Source of the DNA: Candidatus Moraniibacteriota bacterium
Lineage (GTDB): Bacteria; Patescibacteriota; Minisyncoccia; Moranbacterales; UBA1568
Assembly: GCA_052034975.1 (NCBI GenBank)
Contig: JBPOIA010000003.1
Coordinates: forward strand, 49,251 to 113,250
Length of the DNA stretch: 64,000 nt
Direction of reading: 5' to 3'
Position numbers and translations under genes: made by a program. Position 1 is the stretch's first letter; each line of letters begins with the position of its first letter. Positions 50,128-59,055 of the stretch are shown piece by piece. Under the pieces are notes generated by a model. It worked only from the letters and a program-made list of their open reading frames with translations, had not been told where the DNA came from and did not search any database.

Positions 50128-51150
50128 ATGTCCGAACTTTTCCTCCCTCCGTTCCTTATAGCATTCGCGCTTACGGCGGGATGTATTCTTCTTTTTTTGC
50201 TCGTGCCATTGTTCCGACGCACGCTTTGGCGTCTGGATGGCCGCCATAAGCCGAAACGCTCTCTATCCCGTCTAGGAGGCATAGCGATGCTTTCCGCTTT
50301 TCTCATAACGCTTTTTCTCGATCCGCACCTGGTATTGACACGGGAATTTCTCGGTCTTTCGGTCGGTATTATGCTTATCGCATTCTTCGGCTTATGGGAC
50401 GATCTTTCAGAATTGAGTTGGAAAGTGCAGATTTTCTTTCAGGCGGCGCTTACAATCATCGTGTTTATTTTCGGCGTGAGGATTGTTTCTTTGACGAATC
50501 CATTCGGCGGGACGATCGTGTTTCCGGAAGATCATTTCGTTATCCCGGCGTTCCTCATCCTGTTCGTTTGGCTCCTCCTTGTGATGAATGCGATGAATTG
50601 GCTCGACGGGCTCGACGGATTGTGCGGCGGTGTCGCGCTGGTCACATTGGTCGCCATTTTCTTTCTCAGTCTCAAGCCGGAAGTGAATCAGCCGCCGATC
50701 GCCATCATCGCCCTTATTGGGGCAGGCGTCGTTTCGGGATTTCTTTTTTTTAATATCTATCCGGCACGCATTTTAGCCGGAACGTCCGGATCAATGTTTC
50801 TCGGTTTTTTGATCGCCGTTCTGGCGGTTATTGCCGGTACGAAGATTGCGACGGCGCTTTTGGTGCTCTCGCTTCCGATTGCGGATGCCTTCTTCGTGAT
50901 GATGAGCCGTGTGCGCGCCGGCGTGTCGGTGTTTCAGGCGGACCAAAGACATCTGCATTATCGGCTAAAAGCGTTCGGCTGGTCCGAAAGACGGATTGCT
51001 TGGACATTTTTTTTCATAACCGTCGTTATTGCCATCCTCGCGTTGCTCACCGAAGGTATGATGAAATTCGTGGCGATTCTGATTATCCTCTCGGCGGTGT
51101 TCTACGTGCTGTCATTCGTGGAGCGTCGGACAAGAAAAATTTCTCTGTAA
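50128..51150 (+). CDS. MraY/WecA/TagO-family polyprenyl-phosphate GlcNAc-1-P transferase
   Basis: GLWDD, NAMNWLDGLDGL, FNIYPARI, DQRHLHY. Confidence 0.9.
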   Translation: MSELFLPPFLIAFALTAGCILLFLLVPLFRRTLWRLDGRHKPKRSLSRLGGIAMLSAFLITLFLDPHLVLTREFLGLSVGIMLIAFFGLWDDLSELSWKVQIFFQAALTIIVFIFGVRIVSLTNPFGGTIVFPEDHFVIPAFLILFVWLLLVMNAMNWLDGLDGLCGGVALVTLVAIFFLSLKPEVNQPPIAIIALIGAGVVSGFLFFNIYPARILAGTSGSMFLGFLIAVLAVIAGTKIATALLVLSLPIADAFFVMMSRVRAGVSVFQADQRHLHYRLKAFGWSERRIAWTFFFITVVIAILALLTEGMMKFVAILIILSAVFYVLSFVERRTRKISL

Positions 51151-51152
51151 AT

Positions 51153-51590
51153 ATGTCTCCAAAGAACCTCATCGGCCTCGTGGTGGTCATTCTCGGATCG
51201 CTTTTGCTGCTCAGTGCTGTTTTTTTGGCACGGCAAGAAGAAGATACGGCATCTGTCTTTGTGGGCGGGAAGACCTATCGGCTCGAAGTTGCCGCGACGC
51301 CGCTTCTGCGTGAGCGGGGGCTTTCCGGTCGAGAGAGTTTGTGCTCAGCGTGCGGGATGCTATTTTTGTTTGAGCGTCCCGGAGCGTATGCTTTTTGGAT
51401 GAAAGGAATGCGTTTTCCTCTGGATATCGTCTGGGTGACAAATGGGAGCATCTCGCATATAGAACGGCGCGTCCCGACTGACTCGAGAGAGGCGCTCGTA
51501 CCCGATCAAGAAGCCGATTTCGTGCTTGAATTCAATGCTGGTGCGATGGATGGTGTGCAGATAGGGGATCATGTCGAATGGCATCGATAG
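51153..51590 (+). CDS. DUF192 family protein
   Basis: RGLSGR, GMLFLF, FWMKGMRFPLDIVW, VLEFNAG. Confidence 0.88.
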   Translation: MSPKNLIGLVVVILGSLLLLSAVFLARQEEDTASVFVGGKTYRLEVAATPLLRERGLSGRESLCSACGMLFLFERPGAYAFWMKGMRFPLDIVWVTNGSISHIERRVPTDSREALVPDQEADFVLEFNAGAMDGVQIGDHVEWHR

Positions 51591-51605
51591 GACGGATTCC
51601 GAGGA

Positions 51606-51640
51606 ACCAAAAACCCCGCGTTGCGGGGTTTGGTATTTTT
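51606..51640. terminator. Intrinsic terminator between convergent genes
   Basis: aaaccccgc-gtt-gcggggttt with A/T flanks. Confidence 0.7.
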
Positions 51641-51674
51641 CAGAAAGAAAGAACGGAATACCTGTGTTTCTCTC

Positions 51675-52277
51675 CTATCGGTAGGCGCTGACGCGCGAGG
51701 AGTATTGCTTGAGATTCTCCAATTGCCGGCTGTTCAGAGTCTTTGATTTCTCGATACCTTGATTGATCAGGGTTTTCGAGAATTCGATGGACGTCTCGGT
51801 CGTTACGGTGCCGCCGGACCACTTCACGTTCTTGCGAAGATAATCCTCGATGTAGACTTTGTGTTCGGCCGTCAGCGAGGAATCGGCGTTCTTCTCGAGG
51901 TAATGGGCGAGCGCACGGCGGGCCAAATGAGTTGTCCCGTTTCCGCGTTCAGCCTGCTCGATGAAGGAGGCTTCGGTCTCGCGGCTGAGTTCCGGCGTCA
52001 CGACGACACTCGGCTTCACTTCCGCTTGGACGTCTTCGAGAGCCGTGTCTGTTTCTGAGATGTCGGCGACGCCTGTCGAGCCTTTCGTTTCGAGTAACGA
52101 GCCGGTCTCATCGGAGGCGATCTGTGAGCGTTGGGAATACGAATAGATTCCGAATGCGATCGCGGCGACGATGAAGACACTGACAATGATGCGGAGATTT
52201 TCTTGGATCCACGCCTTTGCCTGATTGGCGGACGTGTCCTCGAACATCGGATCTTGCTGTTCTGTCATAGTATGCAC
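51675..52277 (-). CDS. Hypothetical single-pass membrane protein
   Basis: TM near N-terminus; GNGTTHLARRAL, EHKVYIEDYL; start may be 52268. Confidence 0.75.
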   Translation of the reverse strand: MHTMTEQQDPMFEDTSANQAKAWIQENLRIIVSVFIVAAIAFGIYSYSQRSQIASDETGSLLETKGSTGVADISETDTALEDVQAEVKPSVVVTPELSRETEASFIEQAERGNGTTHLARRALAHYLEKNADSSLTAEHKVYIEDYLRKNVKWSGGTVTTETSIEFSKTLINQGIEKSKTLNSRQLENLKQYSSRVSAYR

Positions 52278-52860
52278 CTCTCTTTCTAGATTAAGCTGAG
52301 ATTTTTTAAAGTGCGCTTGCGTTGAAGCCGCTGGCCAGAAAACGCGTGTGCGTTTTCAGCCGTATCGACCCCCGTCTTTCCATAGTAGAGCGCACACTTT
52401 CCACTGTCAACTAGACAAAAATACCGTTTTTCAGCTTAATAAAAGGATTTTTTCCAGAGAAAAAGGAGTTTTTCCGAATGCGATAAGAAACGGCGATTTT
52501 TCATTCGTGCAAAACGGAGGCGCAGAAAATTTTTCTGTCTCGCACGGAGACGATCATCCGTTTTGTTGTACGACGCATCGGAAATATTTTTTGAGAAATT
52601 TTTTTCTATAATTTTTTTAGTCAAGAAAAAAAATTTTGCATTCATCACGCACAGACTCTTGACACGTATTCATTTTCTCTTTGCATTTCTGAAAAAAAGA
52701 GTATAATAAAAACATACGGAAGAATTTTTTCCGTATCGCGTACAGAAACACAAATGTCGCGTTAAAAAATAAAAAAGAAATTCCTCTTCCCGGATATTCT
52801 GATTCGCATAAACCTATGCGACAGAGAAGAAGGGAAGCGGTTCTGGAGGAGGTGACTATT

Positions 52861-52941
52861 ATGGCAGCCAAGAAAAAAGTAGCGAAGAAGAAGACCGCGA
52901 AGAAGACGACCAAAAAGAAGGCCACCAAGAAGCGCAAGTAA
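52861..52941 (+). CDS. 26-aa Lys-rich micropeptide MAAKKKVAKKKTAKKTTKKKATKKRK
   Basis: SD GGAGGAGGTGA at 52845-52855; upstream TATAAT at 52702; downstream terminator; not in the ORF track. Confidence 0.8.
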   Translation: MAAKKKVAKKKTAKKTTKKKATKKRK

Positions 52942-52968
52942 TGTTGCCTTCGGTTCTTTTGGTTCGAC

Positions 52969-53005
52969 AAAACAAAAACCCCGAAATCGGGGCTTTTGTT
53001 TTTTT
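52969..53005. terminator. Bidirectional intrinsic terminator
   Basis: aaaacaaaaaccccga-aa-tcggggcttttgtttt plus T-run. Confidence 0.75.
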
Positions 53006-53014
53006 AAAGAAACG

Positions 53015-53920
53015 TTAGAGGACGATGACGGCGACGCGATCGCGACCGGAAAGGTCTGGGTATATGGCGATAGTAGCTTTTGGAAAATGTCCTGTGAGGA
53101 TTTTTTTGAGAAGGGGCGTTTGTTCGGGGCTGATTTCAAGGAAAAGAGTGATCGGTTGCTTATGAGAAGTCTGGCTTTTTACGCGATTATGTAAAAAGTC
53201 AGTAGGGATGGATTTTGCTTGGTCGAGCAATCGGAAATAGTGATCCAATCCTTGTTGGGTGCTTACGAGGGCGGTTTTCGGTTCGAATTGTTTCACGTCA
53301 TCTTCGGCGGACTGCCAGATTTCCTCGGAGAGGTAGGGGAGGTTGGCGGCGATGACGATCTCATCCGCTGTCGTGAGTTTTTCTCTTATCGGATCGAGAA
53401 GATTTCCTCCGTGAAACGATATGATGTTTTCAACGCCGTGTTGTTTGGCATTTTCTTGTGCGACGGCAAGTGCTTCTCTGGAGATATCGGTGGCATGGAA
53501 TTCATAGGTCGGATTTCTTATCTCTTTCGCGAGGGTGACAATAATATTCCCGCTCCCCGTTCCGATATCAGCCAAAAATACAACCTGATTTGACGATTGC
53601 CGTTTCGTGTTACAGAGCGCTTTTTTTACAATGAGTTCAACGAGGAGTTCGGTCTCGGGGCGGGGAACGAGCGTCGCGGGAGTGACGAAGAAATCTCGGC
53701 CGTAGAATTCCTTGTTCCCGACGATGTAAGCGACCGGCTCGTGCTTCGAGCGGCGGGTGAAATATTCCCGCGCTTTCATTTCCGTTTCGGTATCAAGCGT
53801 ATACTCCGGATGTGCGAGGAGGAACGTCTTGTCTTTGTCAGTCGCGTGCGCAAGCAATACGAAAAAATCCCAAGGCGCGATGACTGATTGGAATTCTTTA
53901 TGCAATTCGGACAGGATCAT
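53015..53920 (-). CDS. prmC: Release factor glutamine methyltransferase
   Basis: EPVAYI, PRPETE, DIGTGSG, ANLPY; follows prfA. Confidence 0.93.
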   Translation of the reverse strand: MILSELHKEFQSVIAPWDFFVLLAHATDKDKTFLLAHPEYTLDTETEMKAREYFTRRSKHEPVAYIVGNKEFYGRDFFVTPATLVPRPETELLVELIVKKALCNTKRQSSNQVVFLADIGTGSGNIIVTLAKEIRNPTYEFHATDISREALAVAQENAKQHGVENIISFHGGNLLDPIREKLTTADEIVIAANLPYLSEEIWQSAEDDVKQFEPKTALVSTQQGLDHYFRLLDQAKSIPTDFLHNRVKSQTSHKQPITLFLEISPEQTPLLKKILTGHFPKATIAIYPDLSGRDRVAVIVL

Positions 53921-53927
53921 AGAATGA

Positions 53928-55013
53928 TTATTGTCCTTGTTTCTCCAGCTTGCGGCGGATGTCTTCCTGTTCGAGGGCGTCGAGGATCCGGTCAAGATTA
54001 CCGTGGAGGATCTGCGGGATGCCGCTCCACGATTCCTTGATGCGGTGGTCGGTGATGCGGTCTTGGGGGAAATTGTAGGTGCGGATCTTCTCGCTCCGAT
54101 CGCCGGTGCCGATCTGGCTTTTGCGTGCGTCACCGAGCTCTTTGGCACGACGTTCTTCTTCTGCCTGATAGAGCCGCGAGCGAAGCACCTTCATCGCTTT
54201 TTCCTTGTTCTTGATCTGCGACTTCTCGTCTTGGCAGGAAACAACCACGCCACTCGGGAGGTGCGTGATACGTACGGCGCTGTAGGTCGTATTGACCGAT
54301 TGGCCGCCGGGTCCCGACGAGCAGAAAGTGTCGATGCGGAGGTCTTGGGGATTGATGACGATTTCCACGTCTTCGGCTTGCGGTAAGACGGCAACGGTCG
54401 CCGTCGAAGTATGGACGCGCCCCATCTTTTCTGTTTCGGGGACGCGCTGGACACGGTGCACGCCGGATTCGTATTTCATTTTGGAATAGACCGGCATTTC
54501 GCTTCCTCCGCGATTTATCTCGAAGACTACTTCTTTGAAGCCGCCTACCTCGGTCTGGTTGGAATGGAGCATCACGGTGCGCCAGCCGCGTGTTTCGGCG
54601 TAGTAAGAGTACATCCGGAAGAGTTCGGCTGCAAAAAGCGAGGACTCGTCGCCACCGGCGCCGGCGCGGATTTCGACGATGATGTCCTTGTTGTCGTTGG
54701 GATCTTTGGGAAGAAGGAGGCGTTTCAATTCTTCTTCGAGCGTGGTTTTTTCTTCGGCGAGCGAGAGGTTTTCTTCCATCGCGAGCGCACGGAGTTCCGG
54801 ATCGTTTTCGTCGGATTGGGTGAGTTCGGCATTGTCGCGCATCGTTTTTTCTACAATCCGAAAACGCCCGATGCGCTCCATAATGACATCGAGTTCTGTC
54901 TTGCGCCGACCGAGAGCGGCGAGTGCTTTCGGATCGCGTACGATGTTCGGATCGCTGAGGCGTGCCGTAATATCCGCGTGTTCACGTTCGATTTCTGCGA
55001 GGAGGTCTTTCAT
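53928..55013 (-). CDS. prfA: Peptide chain release factor 1
   Basis: PET motif (RVPETE), [15 protein letters not shown]. Confidence 0.98.
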   Translation of the reverse strand: MKDLLAEIEREHADITARLSDPNIVRDPKALAALGRRKTELDVIMERIGRFRIVEKTMRDNAELTQSDENDPELRALAMEENLSLAEEKTTLEEELKRLLLPKDPNDNKDIIVEIRAGAGGDESSLFAAELFRMYSYYAETRGWRTVMLHSNQTEVGGFKEVVFEINRGGSEMPVYSKMKYESGVHRVQRVPETEKMGRVHTSTATVAVLPQAEDVEIVINPQDLRIDTFCSSGPGGQSVNTTYSAVRITHLPSGVVVSCQDEKSQIKNKEKAMKVLRSRLYQAEEERRAKELGDARKSQIGTGDRSEKIRTYNFPQDRITDHRIKESWSGIPQILHGNLDRILDALEQEDIRRKLEKQGQ

Positions 55014-55120
55014 AGTTTTTAGTTCTTAGCTTGGATTTCTTCTTGCCGGAGCCATACCCGCTCGGCCTTCAAGGCTTCTCTGAAAGATACCGGCTTTGAA
55101 AAAATTTGAGTTTTTTACAA

Positions 55121-55150
55121 AAAATCCCGTCTGAGGATGAGACGGGAGGC
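55121..55150 (-). terminator. Candidate terminator downstream of rpmE
   Basis: tcccgtct/agacggga stem with a T-run on the minus strand. Confidence 0.5.
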
Positions 55151-55202
55151 GCTTTCTTCGGGATGAGTGATTTCGGGTACAAGAAAAAAGCGCGAGAGAA
55201 CG

Positions 55203-55499
55203 CTACGCAGCTTTTTTCACGGCTTTCTTTTCCTTTTTCGGAGCTTCTTTTTCGACTTTCACTTTCGGCACTTTCTTGCGGGCGGCCTGGGCGGCGGCGG
55301 ATTTTTCGGCGAGCTTCTTGAAACGGTCGACGCGGCCGGTGGTGTCGATGAGCTTCTTTTTTCCGGTGTAGAGCGGATGGCACTGGGAACAGATTTCCGT
55401 GTGCATTGTTTCCGTGGTTGAGCCAGTCGTAAGCACCGCTCCGCAAGAGCAGGTGATAGTGGCTTTGGTGGAATACTTCGGATGGAGTCCTTTCTTCAT
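55203..55499 (-). CDS. rpmE: 50S ribosomal protein L31 (Zn type) with Lys-rich tail
   Basis: MKKGLHP, CSCG, CSQCHPLYTG, GRVDRF. Confidence 0.97.
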   Translation of the reverse strand: MKKGLHPKYSTKATITCSCGAVLTTGSTTETMHTEICSQCHPLYTGKKKLIDTTGRVDRFKKLAEKSAAAQAARKKVPKVKVEKEAPKKEKKAVKKAA

Positions 55500-55581
55500 A
55501 AGGGTCATTCACTCATTGATACCCACAGAGTCTATCATAAGCTTTACAAATTGGCAAGACAGGGCGCGACATTGGGGAAAA

Positions 55582-55740
55582 TTGACAATCGGCGAGAAAC
55601 TGATATACTGGCTCCTGTATTTCTCCGCATGTTTTTTGCGGAAAGTATCAGTCATATTTCCGTTGCGCCTTTTCCTGGCTCCGCGCTTGCGAGGCCCCAA
55701 GGCGATATACGGCGGGAATAGGTGGTCCTTCGGGACGATA
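55582..55740 (+). promoter_or_regulatory. rpsB promoter and structured leader
   Basis: TTGACA-16-TATACT; hairpins including gtcc-TTCG-ggac. Confidence 0.55.
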
Positions 55741-55764
55741 TAATTAATAAGGAAGAAAACGCAT

Positions 55765-56571
55765 ATGACAGAGACTCAAAACGTCGCTCCGGCACCGGTA
55801 GCGCCAGAGAAGGCCGTCAAAGAGGCGGACGGCGGGTATTTCGCCGATTTCGATTTCGGGAAATTTGTCATCGATCTCGAATCGCTTCTGAAAGCGGGTG
55901 TGCATTTCGGTCATTTGAAATCACGTCGCCATCCGAAGATGGACGAATACGTCTATACGACGCGCAAGAACATCAATATCATCGATTTGGAAAAGACTGT
56001 GGAGCGACTCGACGCAGCTGTGAAATTCCTCTCCTCGGTTGCCGCTTCTGGTAAGCCGATCCTGTTTGTGGGGATGAAGAAACAGACGCATGATACGGTA
56101 CGGTCTTTGGCCGAGCGTCTAGAGCAGCACTTCGTGATTGATCGTTGGCTCGGTGGGACGCTGACGAATTTCAAGATGATCCGCGACCGAGCTCGCTATC
56201 TGAAAGATTCACAGGAAAAATTCGCGCAGGGCGAATTCAAGAAGTACACCAAATTTGAGCAGAGCAAGAAGCTCGAGGAGATCGAGAAACTGGAAAAGAA
56301 AGTCGGCGGTATCAAGCATATGGAGGTTCTGCCGGGCGCGATCGTGATTGCGGACGTGAAAGAGGCCGGTCTCGTGCTTCATGAGGCCCAGAAAATGAAC
56401 GTGCCGGTGGTGGGAATCGTGGACACGAATACCGACCCGTCATCCGTCGACTATCCGATTCCGGGGAACGATGACGCACTGTCTTCCTTGCGGCTCATAT
56501 TCAGCGAGCTTGGCAAGGCCGTTGTCGTCGGAAAGGCTTCAACCAAAGCCAAGGAGACGAAAAGCGCTTAA
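55765..56571 (+). CDS. rpsB: 30S ribosomal protein S2
   Basis: AGVHFGH, RWLGGTLTN, DTN, IPGNDD. Confidence 0.98.
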   Translation: MTETQNVAPAPVAPEKAVKEADGGYFADFDFGKFVIDLESLLKAGVHFGHLKSRRHPKMDEYVYTTRKNINIIDLEKTVERLDAAVKFLSSVAASGKPILFVGMKKQTHDTVRSLAERLEQHFVIDRWLGGTLTNFKMIRDRARYLKDSQEKFAQGEFKKYTKFEQSKKLEEIEKLEKKVGGIKHMEVLPGAIVIADVKEAGLVLHEAQKMNVPVVGIVDTNTDPSSVDYPIPGNDDALSSLRLIFSELGKAVVVGKASTKAKETKSA

Positions 56572-56622
56572 GAGAAAGTTCTTTTTGCGCTGAAAAAACT
56601 AACATTCGAACGACGTATTTTT

Positions 56623-57207
56623 ATGAGTCAGATGGAACAAGTGAAAGCGCTCCGCGAGAAAACCGGTGCCGGTATCGTGGACGTAAAGAAAGCGCTCGAC
56701 GAAGCGGGTGGCGATGAAGTGAAAGCGATCGAGGTCCTCCGCAAACGCGGCCAGGACAAGGCGCTCAAAAAGAGTGACCGTGAAACGTGCGAAGGTATTG
56801 TCGTGTCGTATGTCCATTCCAATAAGCGTGTCGGTACGCTCCTGAAGCTCTCCTGCGAGACAGATTTCGTAGCCCGCAACGAGGAATTCCAAGAACTCGG
56901 CCGCGATATAGCGATGCACATCACCGCTGCTGCACCGCGATACTTGAAGCCGGAAGATGTGCCGGCTGAGACGGTGGAAGCAGAAAAAAACATTTGGCGT
57001 GAACAGTTGGCGCAGGAAGGCAAACCAGCCGATCTGACCGAAAAGATCCTTGCTGGCAAGGAACAGAAGTTCCGGAACGAGGTTTCGCTTCTCACCCAGC
57101 CATTTGTGAAGGATCCGGAAAAGACCATCGGCGCCCTGTTGACCGAAAAAATCCATAAGATCGGGGAAAATATCCAAATCGGAGATTTTATCCGGTACGA
57201 AATGTAA
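56623..57207 (+). CDS. tsf: Elongation factor Ts (short form)
   Basis: LREKTGAG, CETDFVA; follows rpsB. Confidence 0.97.
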   Translation: MSQMEQVKALREKTGAGIVDVKKALDEAGGDEVKAIEVLRKRGQDKALKKSDRETCEGIVVSYVHSNKRVGTLLKLSCETDFVARNEEFQELGRDIAMHITAAAPRYLKPEDVPAETVEAEKNIWREQLAQEGKPADLTEKILAGKEQKFRNEVSLLTQPFVKDPEKTIGALLTEKIHKIGENIQIGDFIRYEM

Positions 57208-57255
57208 GTGTTTTCTGCTAGAATAGAGACGAAGAACAGACAGTAACTGCTGACC

Positions 57256-57930
57256 GTGATGTGGTATCTCATTGTCCCACCGATTATCGTTGTCCTCTCG
57301 CTTTCCTTTTTGCTGTGGTATCTGTCGCGCAAAGGAAGCGATCCTGCCATTGCCGAACAGCTGTCTCATTCCGATGAAACCGCCGGAAAGAATGGAAAAA
57401 TCTCCTTTCTTCGTACGAAGGGGTTTTTTCTCCGACATCTCGAAAAAGCAGCGCAGCATTCCAAGGTGATGTCTCTTCGGGCACATAACGCGCTCCATAG
57501 TTGGTCGCAGTCGATCAAGGCGCGTCGCCATACGGTAGAGCAAGCGAAGGAACAGGAGAAAGAGCCGACTGAAGAACTTTCACCGGTACTGGAAGAATCA
57601 CGGATGGAGATTCGTACTGAAACCAAGGAATCACCGGTGCTTCCGCCTCTTCCGAATCGTCCGATGGTGAGCGAGACGGTGGCACGTCCGGAAATCCGTC
57701 GGAAACGCCATCACAATGCATTGCGGGAGGAAGCGCTGATCGCCCGCATCGCCGTCGACCCGAAAGACTTCACCGCGTACGAAGAACTGGGGGACTACTA
57801 CCTTGAGACTGGTAACGTCAAGGATGCCAAGGAGTGTTATCGCCAGGTACTGAAGCTCTCTCCGATACAGCGGATGGTGAAGATCAAGATTCGCCGCCTT
57901 GAAAAGCTTCTTTCGGAACAAAAAGGTTGA
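57256..57930 (+). CDS. Membrane-anchored TPR protein
   Basis: N-terminal TM; AYEELGDYY..AKECYRQVLKLSP. Confidence 0.8.
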   Translation: MMWYLIVPPIIVVLSLSFLLWYLSRKGSDPAIAEQLSHSDETAGKNGKISFLRTKGFFLRHLEKAAQHSKVMSLRAHNALHSWSQSIKARRHTVEQAKEQEKEPTEELSPVLEESRMEIRTETKESPVLPPLPNRPMVSETVARPEIRRKRHHNALREEALIARIAVDPKDFTAYEELGDYYLETGNVKDAKECYRQVLKLSPIQRMVKIKIRRLEKLLSEQKG

Positions 57931-57979
57931 AAAACAGGGGAGGCTCATATATGATAGACAGGCGCGTTTTGTGTCTATC

Positions 57980-58051
57980 GCCACCTTAGCTCAGAGGTAG
58001 AGCAGCGGTTTTGTAAACCGTTGGTCCTCGGTTCAAATCCGAGAGGTGGCT
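57980..58051 (+). tRNA. tRNA-Thr(TGT)
   Basis: Cloverleaf gccacct/aggtggc; anticodon TGT; GTTCAAATC. Confidence 0.96.
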
Positions 58052-58084
58052 CCGAGTGTTGTAAAGAGAAGAGTATTTTGAAAA

Positions 58085-58167
58085 GGGTAGGTGGCGGAGT
58101 GGTCAATCGCAGCTGACTGTAAATCAGCCGACTTCGGTCTACGGGGGTTCGAATCCCTCCCTGCCCA
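58085..58167 (+). tRNA. tRNA-Tyr(GTA)
   Basis: gggtagg/cctgccc acceptor; anticodon GTA; long variable arm. Confidence 0.96.
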
Positions 58168-58174
58168 CGAGAAT

Positions 58175-58425
58175 AAACTATAAAAGCACCATTACCGGGT
58201 GCTTTTATAGTTTTGTTTTGAGGGAGGGATTCGAACGGGCAGGAACGAGTAGCGAGCGAAGGCGAGCTAAACGAGTGTCGACGGATGCGCGTGAGCAAAC
58301 ATTCGTCGCTGCCCCGGGCAACGAAGTCGTCAGCAGACGACGAGGCGAAAATCCCTCCCTGCCCACAGAAAGTAAAAAGTACCCTGCGGGGTATTTTTTA
58401 CTTTTGTTTGAGTTGGAGGGATGAA
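58175..58425. repeat. tRNA-Tyr 3'-end-derived structured repeat unit
   Basis: 16-nt inverted copy at 58221-58236 and 17-nt direct copy at 58350-58366 of the tRNA 3' end; hairpins after each tRNA end. Confidence 0.85.
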
Positions 58426-58511
58426 AAGGGCGATAGCTAGACTTTTTGTGAAAAAACGTTAGAATAAGAAAAGTCTCAACGAATAGTTGAGGCTCGTATT
58501 TTTGAAAATAA

Positions 58512-58584
58512 GCCGTTGTAGCTCAGCTGGTAGAGCACCACCATGGTAAGGTGGGGGTCACCGGTTCAATCCCGGTCAACGGCT
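58512..58584 (+). tRNA. tRNA-Thr(GGT)
   Basis: gccgttg/caacggc; anticodon GGT; GTTCAATCC. Confidence 0.95.
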
Positions 58585-58677
58585 CAGAAAGAACGGAAAA
58601 TGAAGGTTCAATGTTGACGGAACGACGGTTTTCGCGTACAGTGAAAAAGCTTTGTAAATCGTTTGAAGGTTGGAGTT

Positions 58678-58839
58678 ATGGGACAAATCAAGGATACGAT
58701 GGTAAAACTCAAATGTTCTTCGTGCAGCCGCATCACGCACTACACCAAGCGGAACAAGAAAAAGGTCAAGGAAAAGCTTGAGCTCTCCAAGTATTGCAAG
58801 TTTTGCAAGAAGAACGTGATACACACCGAGAGCAAGTAG
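58678..58839 (+). CDS. rpmG: 50S ribosomal protein L33 (Zn type)
   Basis: Hand translation MGQIKDTMVKLKCSSC..KLELSKYCKFCKKNVIHTESK; not in the ORF track. Confidence 0.95.
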   Translation: MGQIKDTMVKLKCSSCSRITHYTKRNKKKVKEKLELSKYCKFCKKNVIHTESK

Positions 58840-58879
58840 CTCTCGGTTTTTCAGATAATTTGTTACAATAGTCTTGAAA

Positions 58880-58950
58880 GGGAGTGTCGTATAGTGGCAG
58901 TACAACGGTCTCCAAAACCGTTAGCGGGGGTCCGATTCCCTCCACTCCTG
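58880..58950 (+). tRNA. tRNA-Trp(CCA)
   Basis: acggt-ctCCAaa-accgt; acceptor gggagtg/cactcct. Confidence 0.92.
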
Positions 58951-58956
58951 CGGAGT

Positions 58957-59050
58957 AAAATAAAAAATTGAAGAATCAAAGATGGAAATTGATGTGTCTG
59001 CCAAAGGCGGAGAGGACGTTTTTTCATTTTGATATTTGATTTTTTATATT
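58957..59050. repeat. AT-rich imperfect inverted repeat with central TCTGCC-AAA-GGCGGA hairpin
   Basis: aatcaaa-type left arm, tttgat-type right arm. Confidence 0.55.
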
Positions 59051-59055
59051 GTTAC

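Noticed and set aside
52280-52780. AT-rich 500-nt intergenic region as possible oriC
   Set aside because: No TTATCCACA-type DnaA boxes seen and no dnaA nearby; divergent promoters explain it
52617-52970. 117-aa minus-strand Phe-rich ORF
   Set aside because: It is the antisense shadow of the Lys-rich micropeptide, which has the SD and terminator
53921-54148. N-terminal extension of PrmC in the ORF track
   Set aside because: It overlaps prfA in another frame; the ATG at 53920 gives a normal-length PrmC
56623-57207. Truncated EF-Ts pseudogene
   Set aside because: Short EF-Ts of about 200 aa is a known functional form, and the ORF is intact
58219-58366. Extra tRNA on the minus strand
   Set aside because: Only a T-arm-like segment is present; no D-arm, anticodon arm or matching acceptor stem
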